This document shows positions 13,601-27,100 of a DNA stretch of 64,000 bases, piece after piece. A model generated the notes under the pieces. The model was not told where the DNA came from and ran no database searches. It saw only the letters and a program-made list of their open reading frames with translations. A program made the position numbers and the translations under genes. Position 1 is the stretch's first letter, and each line of letters starts with the position of its first letter. The stretch spans positions 8,990,001 through 9,054,000 of the forward strand of contig OX597833.1 in NCBI GenBank assembly GCA_951406725.2, read 5' to 3'. The DNA is from Octopus vulgaris. Taxonomy: Eukaryota.

Positions 13601-16244
13601 GTACTGACTAACCCTCTTTGTGCCTCAATTAGAAACCATTTTTATGAAAAATATTTCTCCATGTGTTCTAGTGAAATGTTTGTCCATGTATTATTACTTC
13701 TCTTCCACTGCAGTTACAAATTTTTATAAGCATTAAAAAATCATTAATAAAGAAAAAACCCACAGAAATCTGGAGCAGGAACTCTTTCATGTCTGCAAGT
13801 CTTATTTGGATGTCATCAAATACAGTATGTGTGTGCGTGTGTGTGTGTGCATGCATGTGCGTGCGTTAGTGACAGAAGCAACCTTTGCACCAAATAGCAA
13901 TTTGCACTTCCAACTTCGTATATATGTGGTGTGGTTTTGAACGCCATAAGCTGCAGTAATCATCCTGAAAAATCATCTCCTCTGGACATTAAATGCTAAA
14001 AAGCATGGATTCTATCAGATGACAAAATCTGACAGCACCGAAATGTGATCCCAGCATAATATGTGCTTCATCAGCAACAGGTCCCCAGATTGAAAAGCCA
14101 TCAAACCAATCTAGTTGGCATCTATTAGGCTTTCCTTTAAACTGGGGTTTGCTGCTGTTGTTTCCATCAGATTTTTTTGCTGTATTACTGCTTCTCTGGT
14201 ATCATTCTTCAAGAGTTCAGCCAAGATTTGGTCCTGTCCAGCAGCTTTGCTGTTCCTCAGGGTTTCCTTGAGTCATCCATCTTTGACCACATCAGTTCTT
14301 CTCCTACCAGACCAGCATAAGCCGTCATCATGGAAGCATAGTGATGGGAACAGCAGAATTGGTAAAGCAGGAACCATGTTTCAGTGTAGGTGCTGAATCT
14401 AGGCAACAACAAAATGCATCAGAAGGTTCCTCTTTGTATGTCTGTAGTTGTACAATTCTGTACAGCAGCGAAAGTTGGAAGATGTCAGTGAAGTGGCCGA
14501 CATGGTGAACGTATTCTACGAATGAGGCCTTCAGAAGATCCTCCAAGTTACCAGAAAAATGGAATTACAAAGAAAACGTTCGGTAAAATGAATCCCAGAT
14601 TCTGGCTAACATCTTGGTGCTGTGTCGATATTATCTGGAAGGTCACATTTGGCATGCAAATACTGGAAAGACATGGGCACCAGAAAAAGGAAACCAAGAA
14701 CACTTTGTGCCAGATGCAATGGAAGCAGTTGGAAAGAAGAGGGAGCAGACGAAGGGCCCTGGTTGGAGCAGACGAAGGGCCCTGGTTGGAGCTGCTTTTT
14801 GAGTCTCACAGGATTGGAAAACATAAGTCTTGAGTAAGTAAGTCTCCCTCTGTCTATCTACACACACACACACACACACCTATAATAAATACACAAATAC
14901 ATATATTCACGTGCATACCTATGCGTGTGAGTCTCTGCAATCCCAACATTAAAGAAAAAAATGAAGAAAATCTCACAGATGCAATTCTTTTATGTTGAAT
15001 TTCTTCTTAGTTGAATAAAGGAGGATTATCCCCCGACCCCTGTAAACTGTAAGTGTTAACACTTTTGCTCCATTCACTTGTATTCTATTAGTGTGTTTAC
15101 TCACTAACAAAGTAGTCAGTTCCAATTACTCTAGTGTGGATCATTACTAATGAAAGTTTGAACGATTTGACCGAGAGGATACAGGGGAATGTGCCGAAAA
15201 CTGGAACAGTGGAATCGGTAAAACAGCCGAGACAGCTCTTGATGATGCAGCAAAAGGTGGAAATGCAGGCTGCATCTGAAAAAGGATTTCGTTTCCCTGA
15301 CAAACCCATAACACTCATTTGTCTCTGCAATGCTAAAAGAAATTGTCATTACATAAAGCTTATCCTAAAGGATGGGAGGGACAGGGGGGGGAGGTGTGGC
15401 AAATCCCTTGTTGTTAGAGAAAATGGATTGTCATGGTAACTAAATGCAACTTCAAGAAATGCTAACCATGGTAAACCTGAATTGTCTGCAGATGAGAGTA
15501 GATTCAGTGATTTCTTGCTCCTTCATTTGGGACATCATTGTTACCCGTGTTCCGCTCGATCGCACATCCTTAACCCTTTTAGCATCCTTTACCATTTTCT
15601 ACCAAATGTAAAGCTTCTTCTTATTTATTCTCTTTGTTTTGAATTAATCCTGTATTATCCTGTAACCTTGAGATTTTGACAAGGTGATTGATTACTTTCC
15701 CAATAAAATAGGAGTAGATACGAGGGACCCTAATCTGGGACTGAACAAGACGCAAGGACCCTGTATTTTGTCAGCAAATTAGTTTTAATCTGTGGCAGCA
15801 AAACTGAGCCTTTTTTTGTTTTGTGTCTTGTTGACATTGAAATATCTGATAAGATTTGTGATGGTCCCTAGCTGTTCTCATCTCAGCTTCACAATCTCTC
15901 ACATCATGTTTGAAAGGGGAACAGCACGGTCCCTTTTCTGTGCAAGTTTCTTTATTTGGTTTTTTAACTCTTTTTGTTCATCTTTTATTTTTTACTGATT
16001 ATTAAAAAAAATTTTTTTTTTTTAAATTTTAGCTTTACATTTGTTTGTTTGTTTGTGTCCATGAGTTGGACTGTGAGTTTTACAGTGAGAGGATGTCCTT
16101 CTGGTTGTCACCCTTCACCTGTTTCTCAAGGAAAGGTCTTTCATTCTGTTGGTCTCTGAAAGTATAGAATCACAGAATTTATTATGGAAACCTGATGTCA
16201 CTGTTTTAGTTTGGCAGCGTCAAATGAAGATGTAGAATATCAGC

Positions 16245-16286
<42 letters not shown>

Positions 16287-17974
16287 TAATGGGCTTCTGT
16301 ACAATTTCCATCTACCAATTCCACTAAAAAGTCATTGGGCAGCTTAAGGCTATCTTAGAAAACATTTGCTCAAGGGACCACATGCTAGGATTGAACCTAA
16401 ACCCAACTGACCACATTCCACTCTCCTTTTTTTTTGTTGTAACAGAATTAAGCAGTTGTTTACTGAATGTACCTGGGTTCAAATCGTAGCTTTGTCTTCA
16501 AATTTTCAGTTTTTCACTCATTTCGTCCCAAACACTTAAAATATGCAAATGTGTTTTCTCTTATTAATTCTTTCTTAATTGACTATTGTTTATTATATAT
16601 AATTAGTTTTTTAGAATTAAGTATTTTTGTATATTTTCGCTGTTTTGTTTTTCTAGATTTGTTTATTTGAATTTAAGATAGAATTTTATTTCCTTTTAGC
16701 TTAATTAAGCCACAATTAAGTCATCTTAAACTTACATATATTAACAATTACTTAAATGTGAAATTCATAATTATTTTAATATTAGGTTAATTAACAGACA
16801 GTCCTAGTTTTAGATTAACTAACAATTAGTCTTAATGTTAGATTCATTAAAACAAACTCTGTTCCCATTTTAATCCAAATATTTCTGTTGTATTTCTCAC
16901 AACATAGGAGGATCACAACACTAACGCCAGGAGCGAGGATTCGTAGAGACTAGACACAAGAAGACGACAACAAATTTAACGAACGATAAGCCTCCTCTAA
17001 TTAAACACCAACGATAATGCCTCCTCTAATCAAGCTGTATGGTCTTTTGTTTGGTCTTTTGTTGTTTTTTTTATCATATTTGTCTTTTTTATATGACTTC
17101 ATTATTTTCACTGCACTGAAGTGTGACACTCACAATATTTAAGAATTAGATATATACGGACCGTGAAGGAAGAAAACAGTTTGTGATATTTTGTTCTGAA
17201 CCTTTATAGAACTGGTTCAAATCTGGCCATAATCCTAATTGCTTTCTTGGATTCATGGAAAAAAAGTGAAGATACCAGTTTTATACCCTTTCTCCATTTG
17301 TCTTCATGAAGGTTTTCTCACAATGAAATTTCAAAGAAATCTTTATATATATATATATTACAAATTAAAAGCTGCTCTAGTAATATAAACATTATTGGTT
17401 GTATATATATTGTGTGTGTGTTTTGCTTACACACCAAATTTGCTGTGGGAGAGCATCTGGGGAAATCTGCTGAAATGATGCCAAGTGTTCAAAAACACAA
17501 GTACTCTTTAACACTTGGCATCATGCAAACGATAATGTTTATATACATGTACACATACTCTTGTTTATCTGCATCATATTTATATATGCTCACACATGCA
17601 ATATCATTATCATTTTACCAGTTAGTATCTATTCAAATGAACTTTTTCCTTTCGACAATTCAGGCAAGGGCATGCCTTGCTTGTATTTTCTATGACTGGG
17701 TCTTATTTGTGTCCCCCAACCACTTTTTGCCAACGCTAGAGAAATTCTCTGGATTCTGGCAAAATTCAGTTCTCTCATCTCCTTCCTTGTCTCTAAGCAA
17801 TTTACCCCATGGACTGGCTGTATCTAATAATGACACCATAAATAGAGAGGGTCTCATGTGTCCATTCTTTTGTTCTCCAATACAAGCAGGTTATGTCATT
17901 GCCTTCAAGTGTTCATGAGTGAATGAAGGAAGATCAGAGTGAAGTCTTGAAGAGTAGAAGAATGGAAGAGAGAG

Positions 17975-18013
<39 letters not shown>

Positions 18014-18477
18014 TTGACTGCAACAGGACAATTATTGGTAGGATGGTTGGCTAGGAACTGTATGTGGTGGCAAAGTAAGAATGAGAAAGAAGAAGGAATA
18101 CACCAAGAGAGAGAGAGAGAGAGAGAATGAGTAATGAGAGAATAAATATATTGTGTAGGTGATGGGAAATGGGTGAATGCAAGGGGCCAGATGTAATGCT
18201 ATCCCTTATAGCGAGGCAATGGGGTGGGGGGAGAGGTATAGTAGGGAGGTACATTGGTAGGAGAAGAGTGGGTGGTAGACGGAGGAAGAAGAAGAGAGAG
18301 AGGGGAAAATGTATGGAAAATGAATAGAAATGCAGTGAGTGATGAAAGGGAAATTCAATCTACAATTAAATCTATCAATCATAATTTCCATGTTTTTCTA
18401 TGGATTGAGCAGGTCCTCCTTTCCTATACACTTCATCAACTGTCGTAGTTTCTTTTTTTGTCATATATATATATATA

Positions 18478-18512
<35 letters not shown>

Positions 18513-21500
18513 AAGGAAAACGTACGAAGAGTCTTTCAGTTGGTCTGGGACGGGTAATCAACGTCCTCCAATTCTTATATCCAAACCATGGAGATGATGA
18601 TGATGATGTGAGTTGAAACTTTTCCAAATGTACTTAAAACATCTAATATGAAGCTAAAAATAAAATTGAACTCATCTGATATATTTGTCTTATTTTCTGG
18701 GAAAACATTTTTACATAAAAAAGATATTTTATTGGAAATCAATTATTTTTCTATTTACTATTCTTGGGTTTCTTCATTTCTTTGTTGGGAGACAAAAAGA
18801 AACAATTCCTGCTGCCCCTGCAATGTGCAGCTGATCCTGGCCTCAAAAACCGTGATTTCAAATCAATTCCAATACTTTTAGAAGTTTGTCATTATTAATT
18901 CTCATTCCAAACGAATGGGGTCATTAGCAGCTAAAGTGATTGAAATTTGAAAGGTTTCTCTGTTTGAGTCCAAGGAATTCTTGGAATAAAAATATCTTCA
19001 CATTTGGCACAACCTGTCAAAGTTCTTCCTTCTTTGATTTGTGGAACCATTTGGTCTTTACCACCACCAGGTAACTCTCATGACAAAGTCAAGCAGTAGG
19101 GGCTATGCTCACTTCTGAAGACGATAATTTTTCAAGATTAGCTGTTATGGATTTCAAAACTGAGGATTAATTCATCAATACAAAAGAACTTACCATGGAG
19201 TACAAGGATTTATGAGTAATGGATTGTTCCAGAAGAAAATCCAAACCAATATTTATCATTTCATAATCCTTTTTAAAATCCATTGATGGTCATTGAAGTA
19301 AAGATGGGTTTTTCAGTTAGACATTTCGTGTTTTCTTCTCACCCATTGACTGCATCAAAGCCCTCCACTCTGCAAACAGGCACAGCTCGTTGCCCTTTTC
19401 TATTCCGAGTTACTTGGTCAAATGTTATGAAATGTTCTGCTTATTTATTCACATTGCTTTGAAGTATCCATGTCTGATCTCAGCTTTGAGATTTCAATGT
19501 TGTGATTTAAAAAATTATTTAGAACGACATTCTAGAGCAGGTGCAAAAGACCTGATTTGGTCAGTTTGAATACGAATGGATTAATGTCCACCTGACAGTT
19601 GCTGTGTCCTTCTTAAAGACCAAAAGTCATCAAACCTTAAACAAAGATGCCAAATCAAATTCCATTTATTGTTTTCAGCTAAAACAACGTTTGATGTGAA
19701 AAGCAGGAGATACTTTGAAGCCCTTTCTTCATTGCATGGGTGTCACCTCTTCACTTGGGTTGGAGTGTGTTGAAGGGCTTCACACCTTCAACATTTCAGT
19801 ATTAAGGGACAAGTACATCTTGCTGTTTCTTGCCAACTGTATTATCTTGACTGATCAGTCACAGAAGAGTTTGGCAAATTCATTAAATTGACTGAGTTGA
19901 AAGTTCTGCCATCTGTTGGACTTCTCAACCTTCTTTCAATGAGATTCTGAATGTTCTTCTATAATAAACTGTTTTGTAGATAAGCATCAAAGTGCATCAT
20001 GTTTAGGTGGCGTTCATAGATGGGAGTTCTTCACCCCCCTCCCTCCTAATTAGTCCTAATGTATGGTGCCAGTCAGGGAAATCATAACATCACCACTATA
20101 ATTTGAAAGTGGATCTTAAACTAAATCACTCATTTTCTCTGTTTCCCTATTTGCAAATGTACTTCAGAGAATTGTTTGGAATTTCCAAACTTCATGTTGT
20201 GTTTTTAAAAGACCTTTGAAAGCTGTAGCCAGAAAATATTTGGGACTATTTGTTGCTTGTCTTTCTTCAATCGTAGAATTTCTGTATTTGGTTCTGGCTA
20301 TGAATCCTCTCTCATCTGGTTTCTTCCTTATCTACAATGGGTGACCGTAACTAACAGGTGTCTCAGCCAGAAATCAATGCAGATACCTCTTTGCAAATTT
20401 CTTATCTTTCAAGCCAAATTGCCCACTTAACAAGTAACACCATTGTGGCATGTATCAATGGAATTCTTTCTGTCCCACTTTCTATCAATTCTAGCATGCC
20501 CCAGGGTTCAGTTTTCTCCCCTACTCTCTTCTTTTTCTACATCAATGACTTACCACCACATCCAACAACCCTCACCCTAACATAGATTATGTTACTTTGC
20601 ATTCTTCTTGCACCTTTCCCAACCACATCTCATCCTCTTTCAACCAAGGCACCATCTGCAAAACCTGCACAGATTTCACGAATGGAGCCCTTGAGAGCAT
20701 CGTCCAGTGGGGCCGTGCTAATTTTGTCTCTTTCAACAGCAAGAAGACACAAATGCTGCCACTCTTAACAACAAATCTTCGCCGCTGCTGCTGCTCACCT
20801 TAACCAAGACCATTAACTGGAGCAGCCCTCAAAACAGTTCCAAATGTGGGGTCCCTAGGTGACAGAACATCCTTAACGAAGCTGGAATCACATCCAAACA
20901 ACTCCTCCCTCACTTGAGCGAATATCATCCAATTCACTTGCATGGATCCTTTCTTCCTACCAGAATGGCCAGCCACATTTTTGCCATTCTACCATCATGA
21001 AACAGCAAACTTTTCTGAATGAAGATTCTTTAACAACATTTTCAGTTTAATTACTTCTAATTACCTTTAATCCCACTCTCAGCTTGGCCTCGTTATGAAA
21101 AGTGATGCTAAGCTTACCAATATTTACTGGACTTTCATTGTTCTTCAACTGGTTTAGTCTGACCAAAGGTAAGACACTCCAATTCCATCATTCTATACAC
21201 GACCCCTTTGCTTTCCAAAAGTTTACAAACACAAGTTCCATACGCTGTATCGATATCTTCTACTACTACTACTACCCCCTCCTGCTACTAATACTACTAC
21301 CACTACTACCTCCTCCTGCTACTAATACTACTACTACTATTACTACTGCCACTACTAATGCTGTAAAAAGCATATCAATCCTTCAGGTTCCATTATAGTC
21401 TTATATATGGCAAAGCGCCCCACTGCCCCTGAGAAGGGAGGTACATCCCACCACCTGGTCCTAAAGATGTATTTAATGGCAGCATTTTGTTGCAAGCTTC

Positions 21501-24144
21501 TCACAAAAGTCTACCATCACTTGTCACTGCATCATCACTTCTCTTTGCATTTCCCCATAATGACTAACAATACAAACTCTCTGGACATTTGCCCTCATAT
21601 TTTGCAATAACCATGTATATCATTCCAATCTAGAACCCACTCATTCTATTCTTTTCTCTCATACAAACTTCTCAACCTCTGTTTCTAATTCATGCCTGCT
21701 GTCCAGACTCTTCTAAGGTCACCATGAAACCTAGTGTCTGCACCGAAGTCTACTATATACCTATCATTCACCTCTCTCACCTAGTTATCAGTAATAATAA
21801 TTTCCAGTTTCAGAACACTTCTAAACAGTATCTACCGTTCTCCTGACACTTCGACCATTATCTCCAGTATTTAGGCATTTCACTTTATTTCTCTCTTCGA
21901 AATTATTGTATTCTGAAACTTCAAAGTTCACAATTCCTCTTAGCTCTCACAATCATCCCCATGTTAATAAGACTTACGCGCTAAGTGAATTTTTTTACAA
22001 TCTTTGATTCTGTGATCGATGCTTCACGCAACCCTCAAACTACAATTGATCCTCCGGGTCCTTTACAAAAAGAATATCTGCCAACTTTACCGAATCCCCC
22101 TTTCCTCCATTTCACCCTAGTAACCCACATCACGACCCCTACTGCATGGAGTAGGACCCCACATACAGACAAGCCGTATGAAAAACTACCTCCAACTATT
22201 TGAAATGAAGGTCACCAATCTTGGCAGTGTTCCTTCTTTTACTCTAAAAAATGTTGTCCCACATCCAGTTCCTATATTCATAACTCATCAATCTCTCTCC
22301 CTTTCTACAGGGATTTATTCTGATCTTAGGAAGCATGCCATGCTGAGAGCCATTCTTTCAATTAATTTTAAATATAACAAAGAATTTAGTAAAATAACTT
22401 AGTTATCATTCAGCTAGTGTTAGGAACATAAATTGTGACCAAAGTTTGGTGGAAGATTTTAATTCAGAATGTATGAAAACAAGACATTTGTACTACAGAG
22501 CCAGGGGCGACCAGGTTGGTTTGCATTCTTGTTGATTCCAGATAATTTTCTCTTTGGTCTTCCGTCCAGCTTCCTCATCATTCAATTCATTGTCAGCCAT
22601 TTTAAACTATTTTCTTCTCAAACTTCTCCAGAATTTTCTTTCAAGAGGAATGGCTAAAATAAGGATTTACTTTTCAGTTCCAGACCAAAAATAACATTTT
22701 TTTTACCTTTTTAGATACAAATTTCTTGTAATTAGTATGAGAGATAATTATAACTGCCACAAACTATTTATGTACAAGCTTATTGTAATTAATATAGGAA
22801 ATAATTACCAACTGAAACCTGTGGCACTTTGTTGCATCTAAATTGTATTGTTTGTGGCTGCTTCTTAATTCAGGTGGAATGTAAAAAAAAATCCTTTTTT
22901 TGAAATGAAACCAATTGTAAAATTTTTTTTGTCTTTTCTCTTCTTTTTCCTGTTTTTTTCTAAAAATCTTTGGTTTAATATTTTTAGTTCATGCCATAAA
23001 ATTTATCCAAATTTCAAAATTCCAGTTTTTTTGTTGTCAGTAATTCTTCCAAAATTTAGAAATCATTTCAAGATAAAAAATAAGTCAGAACTGAAATCTG
23101 TAAAGAACAAACATGTTGAGGTGCTTTCTCAGTTGTTGTAGTTTGAAAATTGTTTAAATGATTTCAAAATTAAGTGATTAGACAGGATCCTGCGTTGCTC
23201 TTTGAATTGTTGATGAAAATGAAGGCACCAGGGTTTGTCAGGTGTGTTCATTTTGTTGTCATTTAAGTCAGTTTGTTGATGAAGACAGACAGGAGACAGT
23301 GTGTTTCACATGGGGATTGTGGAGTATTAATGATGTCAGGGCTACTAGCAAACCTTGTACAATTTAAAATCAGGGATCCAGAGAAGCTGTGCAACAGAGT
23401 TAAATGAACATTGAGGTTTGTTGTTGTTATGAAGCCCCAAGCCTACAATTTACAAGTAACTGTTGGCCAAACCACCAGGTAGGAATCATAAATCCCACCA
23501 TGACCACCACCACTATCTTTCAGTTTCCTTGCTCTGTGTTCCAGTGAGATTGTCTGACCTCTGACTTTACTCAACTCCAAACATGACATCCCACCCTGCA
23601 CACTACCTCTGTACTATAAAATCTTCATCACTGATACCTCTAACAATACAAATTGCTGTATACATGATACACGGCCTCCGTAAATGATCTTGGGAACATC
23701 CTGAAATGGTACCCCTCCACCTATAAAGAGTGTGTTTTGTCTTTCACTTCCTCTACAGAACCAAACCATTGAGAATCGATAGAGATTTCGGTAGACATAA
23801 CGTTGACAAAACAGTTTTAACAGAATTAGATTTGGGTCCGGCCCCTTGGTTTCTATAAAGAGCTAAATCTCCCTTGGACTCTTCATCACTTAAACACACT
23901 TCTCTGTGCTTGGTGAAATGTCCAGTGTTTATATGCTACACATGGATAAGGTGTTGCTCTGTTTGTTTCTGACTCGAGGTTTCGTTCCCATGGCAGGTTT
24001 TCTGTTGTTAAAAGATCTCCATTCTAATTAATATCAAATTACTTACATACCCTGTACCAGAATGAGATGATCTGGTCTGGATGACTGGACATTCATTTTG
24101 TTCTGGTGCTGAAGGCACACACACACATACATACATGCAGAAAT

Positions 24145-24182
<38 letters not shown>

Positions 24183-27100
24183 AGGAAGAGAAACATAAAA
24201 ATGTCTGATGTCAAATCAGCAATCCAAAATATTTCATATTTTCCCTCTACTCACACCTTACTTAGAAGCTTTTATACTCACTATAGACTTGTAAACTAAC
24301 TATAAACATGTAGATTTACAATAGGCTTTCTCTATTCACTAAAGGTAGCTTGTGTGTTTGCTACATGTTCGTGTACTCACTGTATAGATGCAAACTTCTT
24401 ATATTTTCAGATGGAGAACCAACACAAAATTGAAAGAGAGAAACACAAGCAACAGCTGATTGATGCATCAAAGAAGAGTCTGGTTTCAAACCCTGAGCAA
24501 TTCAACTGCCCCGTGTGTTTTGACGATATTCCTCCTGGTGATGGAATCATTCTTCAGGGATGTCTGCATATGTTCTGCAAGTAAGTAGTCACAAGACACA
24601 GTTTGGCTCTTGTAATATTCTACACCAATAGATCTCACTCATTTCAGTTTTAACGAGTATCACCTGTTGTTTAATCAATGGAACCACCAAATTGTGGCAG
24701 AGGTCAGAGCCCTAATCACCGTCTGATTGGCCTCCTTCACACACTTCCTGTCAACCATTTGTGCCAGGTCTGTCTTCTTAATCTCTGCTTTGTAAATGGG
24801 TTAAAATGTGACGGCTGATTGGAAGTGTGTTATCATCCATAAATAAAAGAGTTTGTGGAATCTTTTAATCATTTTCTTAGTTGTAATGAGTGAAGAATTT
24901 AAAATTTCAGATAAATGATATTGTCATTGCTTTTCCTAACTAAAGTGATGCCAACCTCAAATACTTACAACCTCCTCACAATCGTTAAGCTTCTCAAACT
25001 CTTACACACACTCCCCTTCATCTTATATATTGCAGGACATCAACTTTTTCCTCTGCCAAGTATTTGACTCTTATATGTTGCACTTCCAATTTATTGTAGA
25101 GTTTAAAACCTACCACTTCAAATTGAAAGTCTGTGATGACCTTACGAGAAACAGCCTTAAAATCTTGACCGGATGGTTTCTGTGGCTGTGCTAGGGTTAG
25201 CGTCATCATTATCTCCCTTCATTGTCCCCATTCTGGGTTGGCATGACTGGAGTCGGTTGTTATTTGGAGTTACTGCTCTTGTAGGAATGGTTCTTTGGTC
25301 CAGCTGCCATTTCACATTGGAATGGTTTCTACAGTCAGAAACTGAAGTTGTCCTGTCAGATCAAGTTATAATGTAGACAATTTATGACTGAACCAGGAAA
25401 GACTCCAACACAACTACATTTTGTCTTTCTCTTCTTTCAGGCAGTGTCTAAATGATGCAGTTTACCACAATGACTCTGGAGATGCCAGATGTCTTTTCCA
25501 GAATGAAGAATACAAATGTGATGCAAAGATTCCCGAACGTGTTATCAAATCTGTGAGTAAACTCTAGTTCTGTCGTAACTTTGTGCCAGGAAACAGCAGA
25601 AATGTGTTTACTGTGAAGAGAGATTCTCAATTACAGATTAATTTATGTGAAGATGATGGCAGTTTGATGATGTTAGGTGCAGGTTGGTCTTTACAGTGTG
25701 TGTGTGTGCTATAAACAACCTCTTTATAATCTGTGTGTGTTGTGCTTGTGTGGTGCAAAGTACACTGACTTTGGTGCTTCTGATTGTATTTCATGGCTGG
25801 TGGTGAACAGGAACTGCCTGGTTTTATGACTTTCTGTTTCTTTAGAATATTTCTGAAGAATAAATGTTCCAGGAATGCTACTCTCTGCTTTTGTGTGCAT
25901 ATTGAATGTAAAGTTCTGAAGATTTTGGCTGGAAAGAGAGAGAGCGAGCATGAGAGATGTAGCATTCAGGTATTCACTCCACCCATGCCCAATACTGAGG
26001 AGATGGACACAACCTTTAATTGTGGCAGAAAGAAAATATATTGAAGCAGTTGTTTCAAAGATACAACCATTAAATAGTAACTGAAGGGGCCAGTCTCTAG
26101 GCTTTGTGTTTAGGGCCAGATGCCCTTTATGTTGTCGACATTTCTTGACTTTTCCCACAACTTTGATAGTGCAAAGTGATAGGATGTTCATTGAACTGTC
26201 CTCAGACAATTTCAAGCAGAAAAACAACTTATATACAAACACTCTACCAGTGAAGTCGTCTCTCTTGAACTTTACCCAGGCTACTTTTATTGTAGCAGCT
26301 ATGCTCTCAGAGCATCCACCCCCACCACAGACTTGATCACCTAGATAGTGGGAGTTATTAAAACTATGTCTAGTTTTTTCCCCTAGCATGTGATGGAAGC
26401 TGTTTTCTCTACATCTTCAGTGTTCATTGCCCCTGTGCATCTGCCACACACAGAAACTATCTTTCCTGGTTAACTTTCCTTTCATATTGCTGCACCTCTT
26501 ATGTATCCATAGCTTACACCGGGTACACCTTATGGTGTTTCTACCTATGCCTTTTCTACAGATCGAGCAGGGCCATCTACTTGAAGGGGTTTTGGCCAGG
26601 TTAACTTTAAGTCCTTTTGAGTCGAGATCTTGCTTCCACACCTGGAATTTCATCTCTGGTTCTGGTAGTGACTCAACTATTAGAGCAATGTCATCAGCAT
26701 AGAGGAGCTCCCAGGGACATCCTGTCTTGAATTCCTTTGTTATTGCCTGGAGGACTATGATGAATAGGAGAACTGATCCTTAGTGAACCCCTACTTCTAC
26801 CCGGAATTCTTCACTATACTCGTTGTCAACCCTCACCTTACTGACAGCGTCCCTGTACATGGCTTGTACAGCTCTCACTAACCACTCATCTATCCCTAGT
26901 TTCCACATTGACCACCAGATAAGGGATCAGGGGACCCTGTCAAAGGCTTTCTCCATGTCAGCAAAAGCCAAGTACAAATGTTTATCTTTGGCTAGGTACT
27001 TCTCCTGCAGTTGTCGAACCATGAATATAGCATCAGTGGTGCTTCTACCTGGCACAGAACCAAACTGCATCTCATCTAAGCAGACTCTCTCCCATCGTAA

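Noticed and set aside
5916-24410. Extra RBCK1 exon or nested gene in the 18.5-kb intron
   Set aside because: The flanking exons join in phase with spacing like human HOIL-1, and only transposon remnants were recognised.
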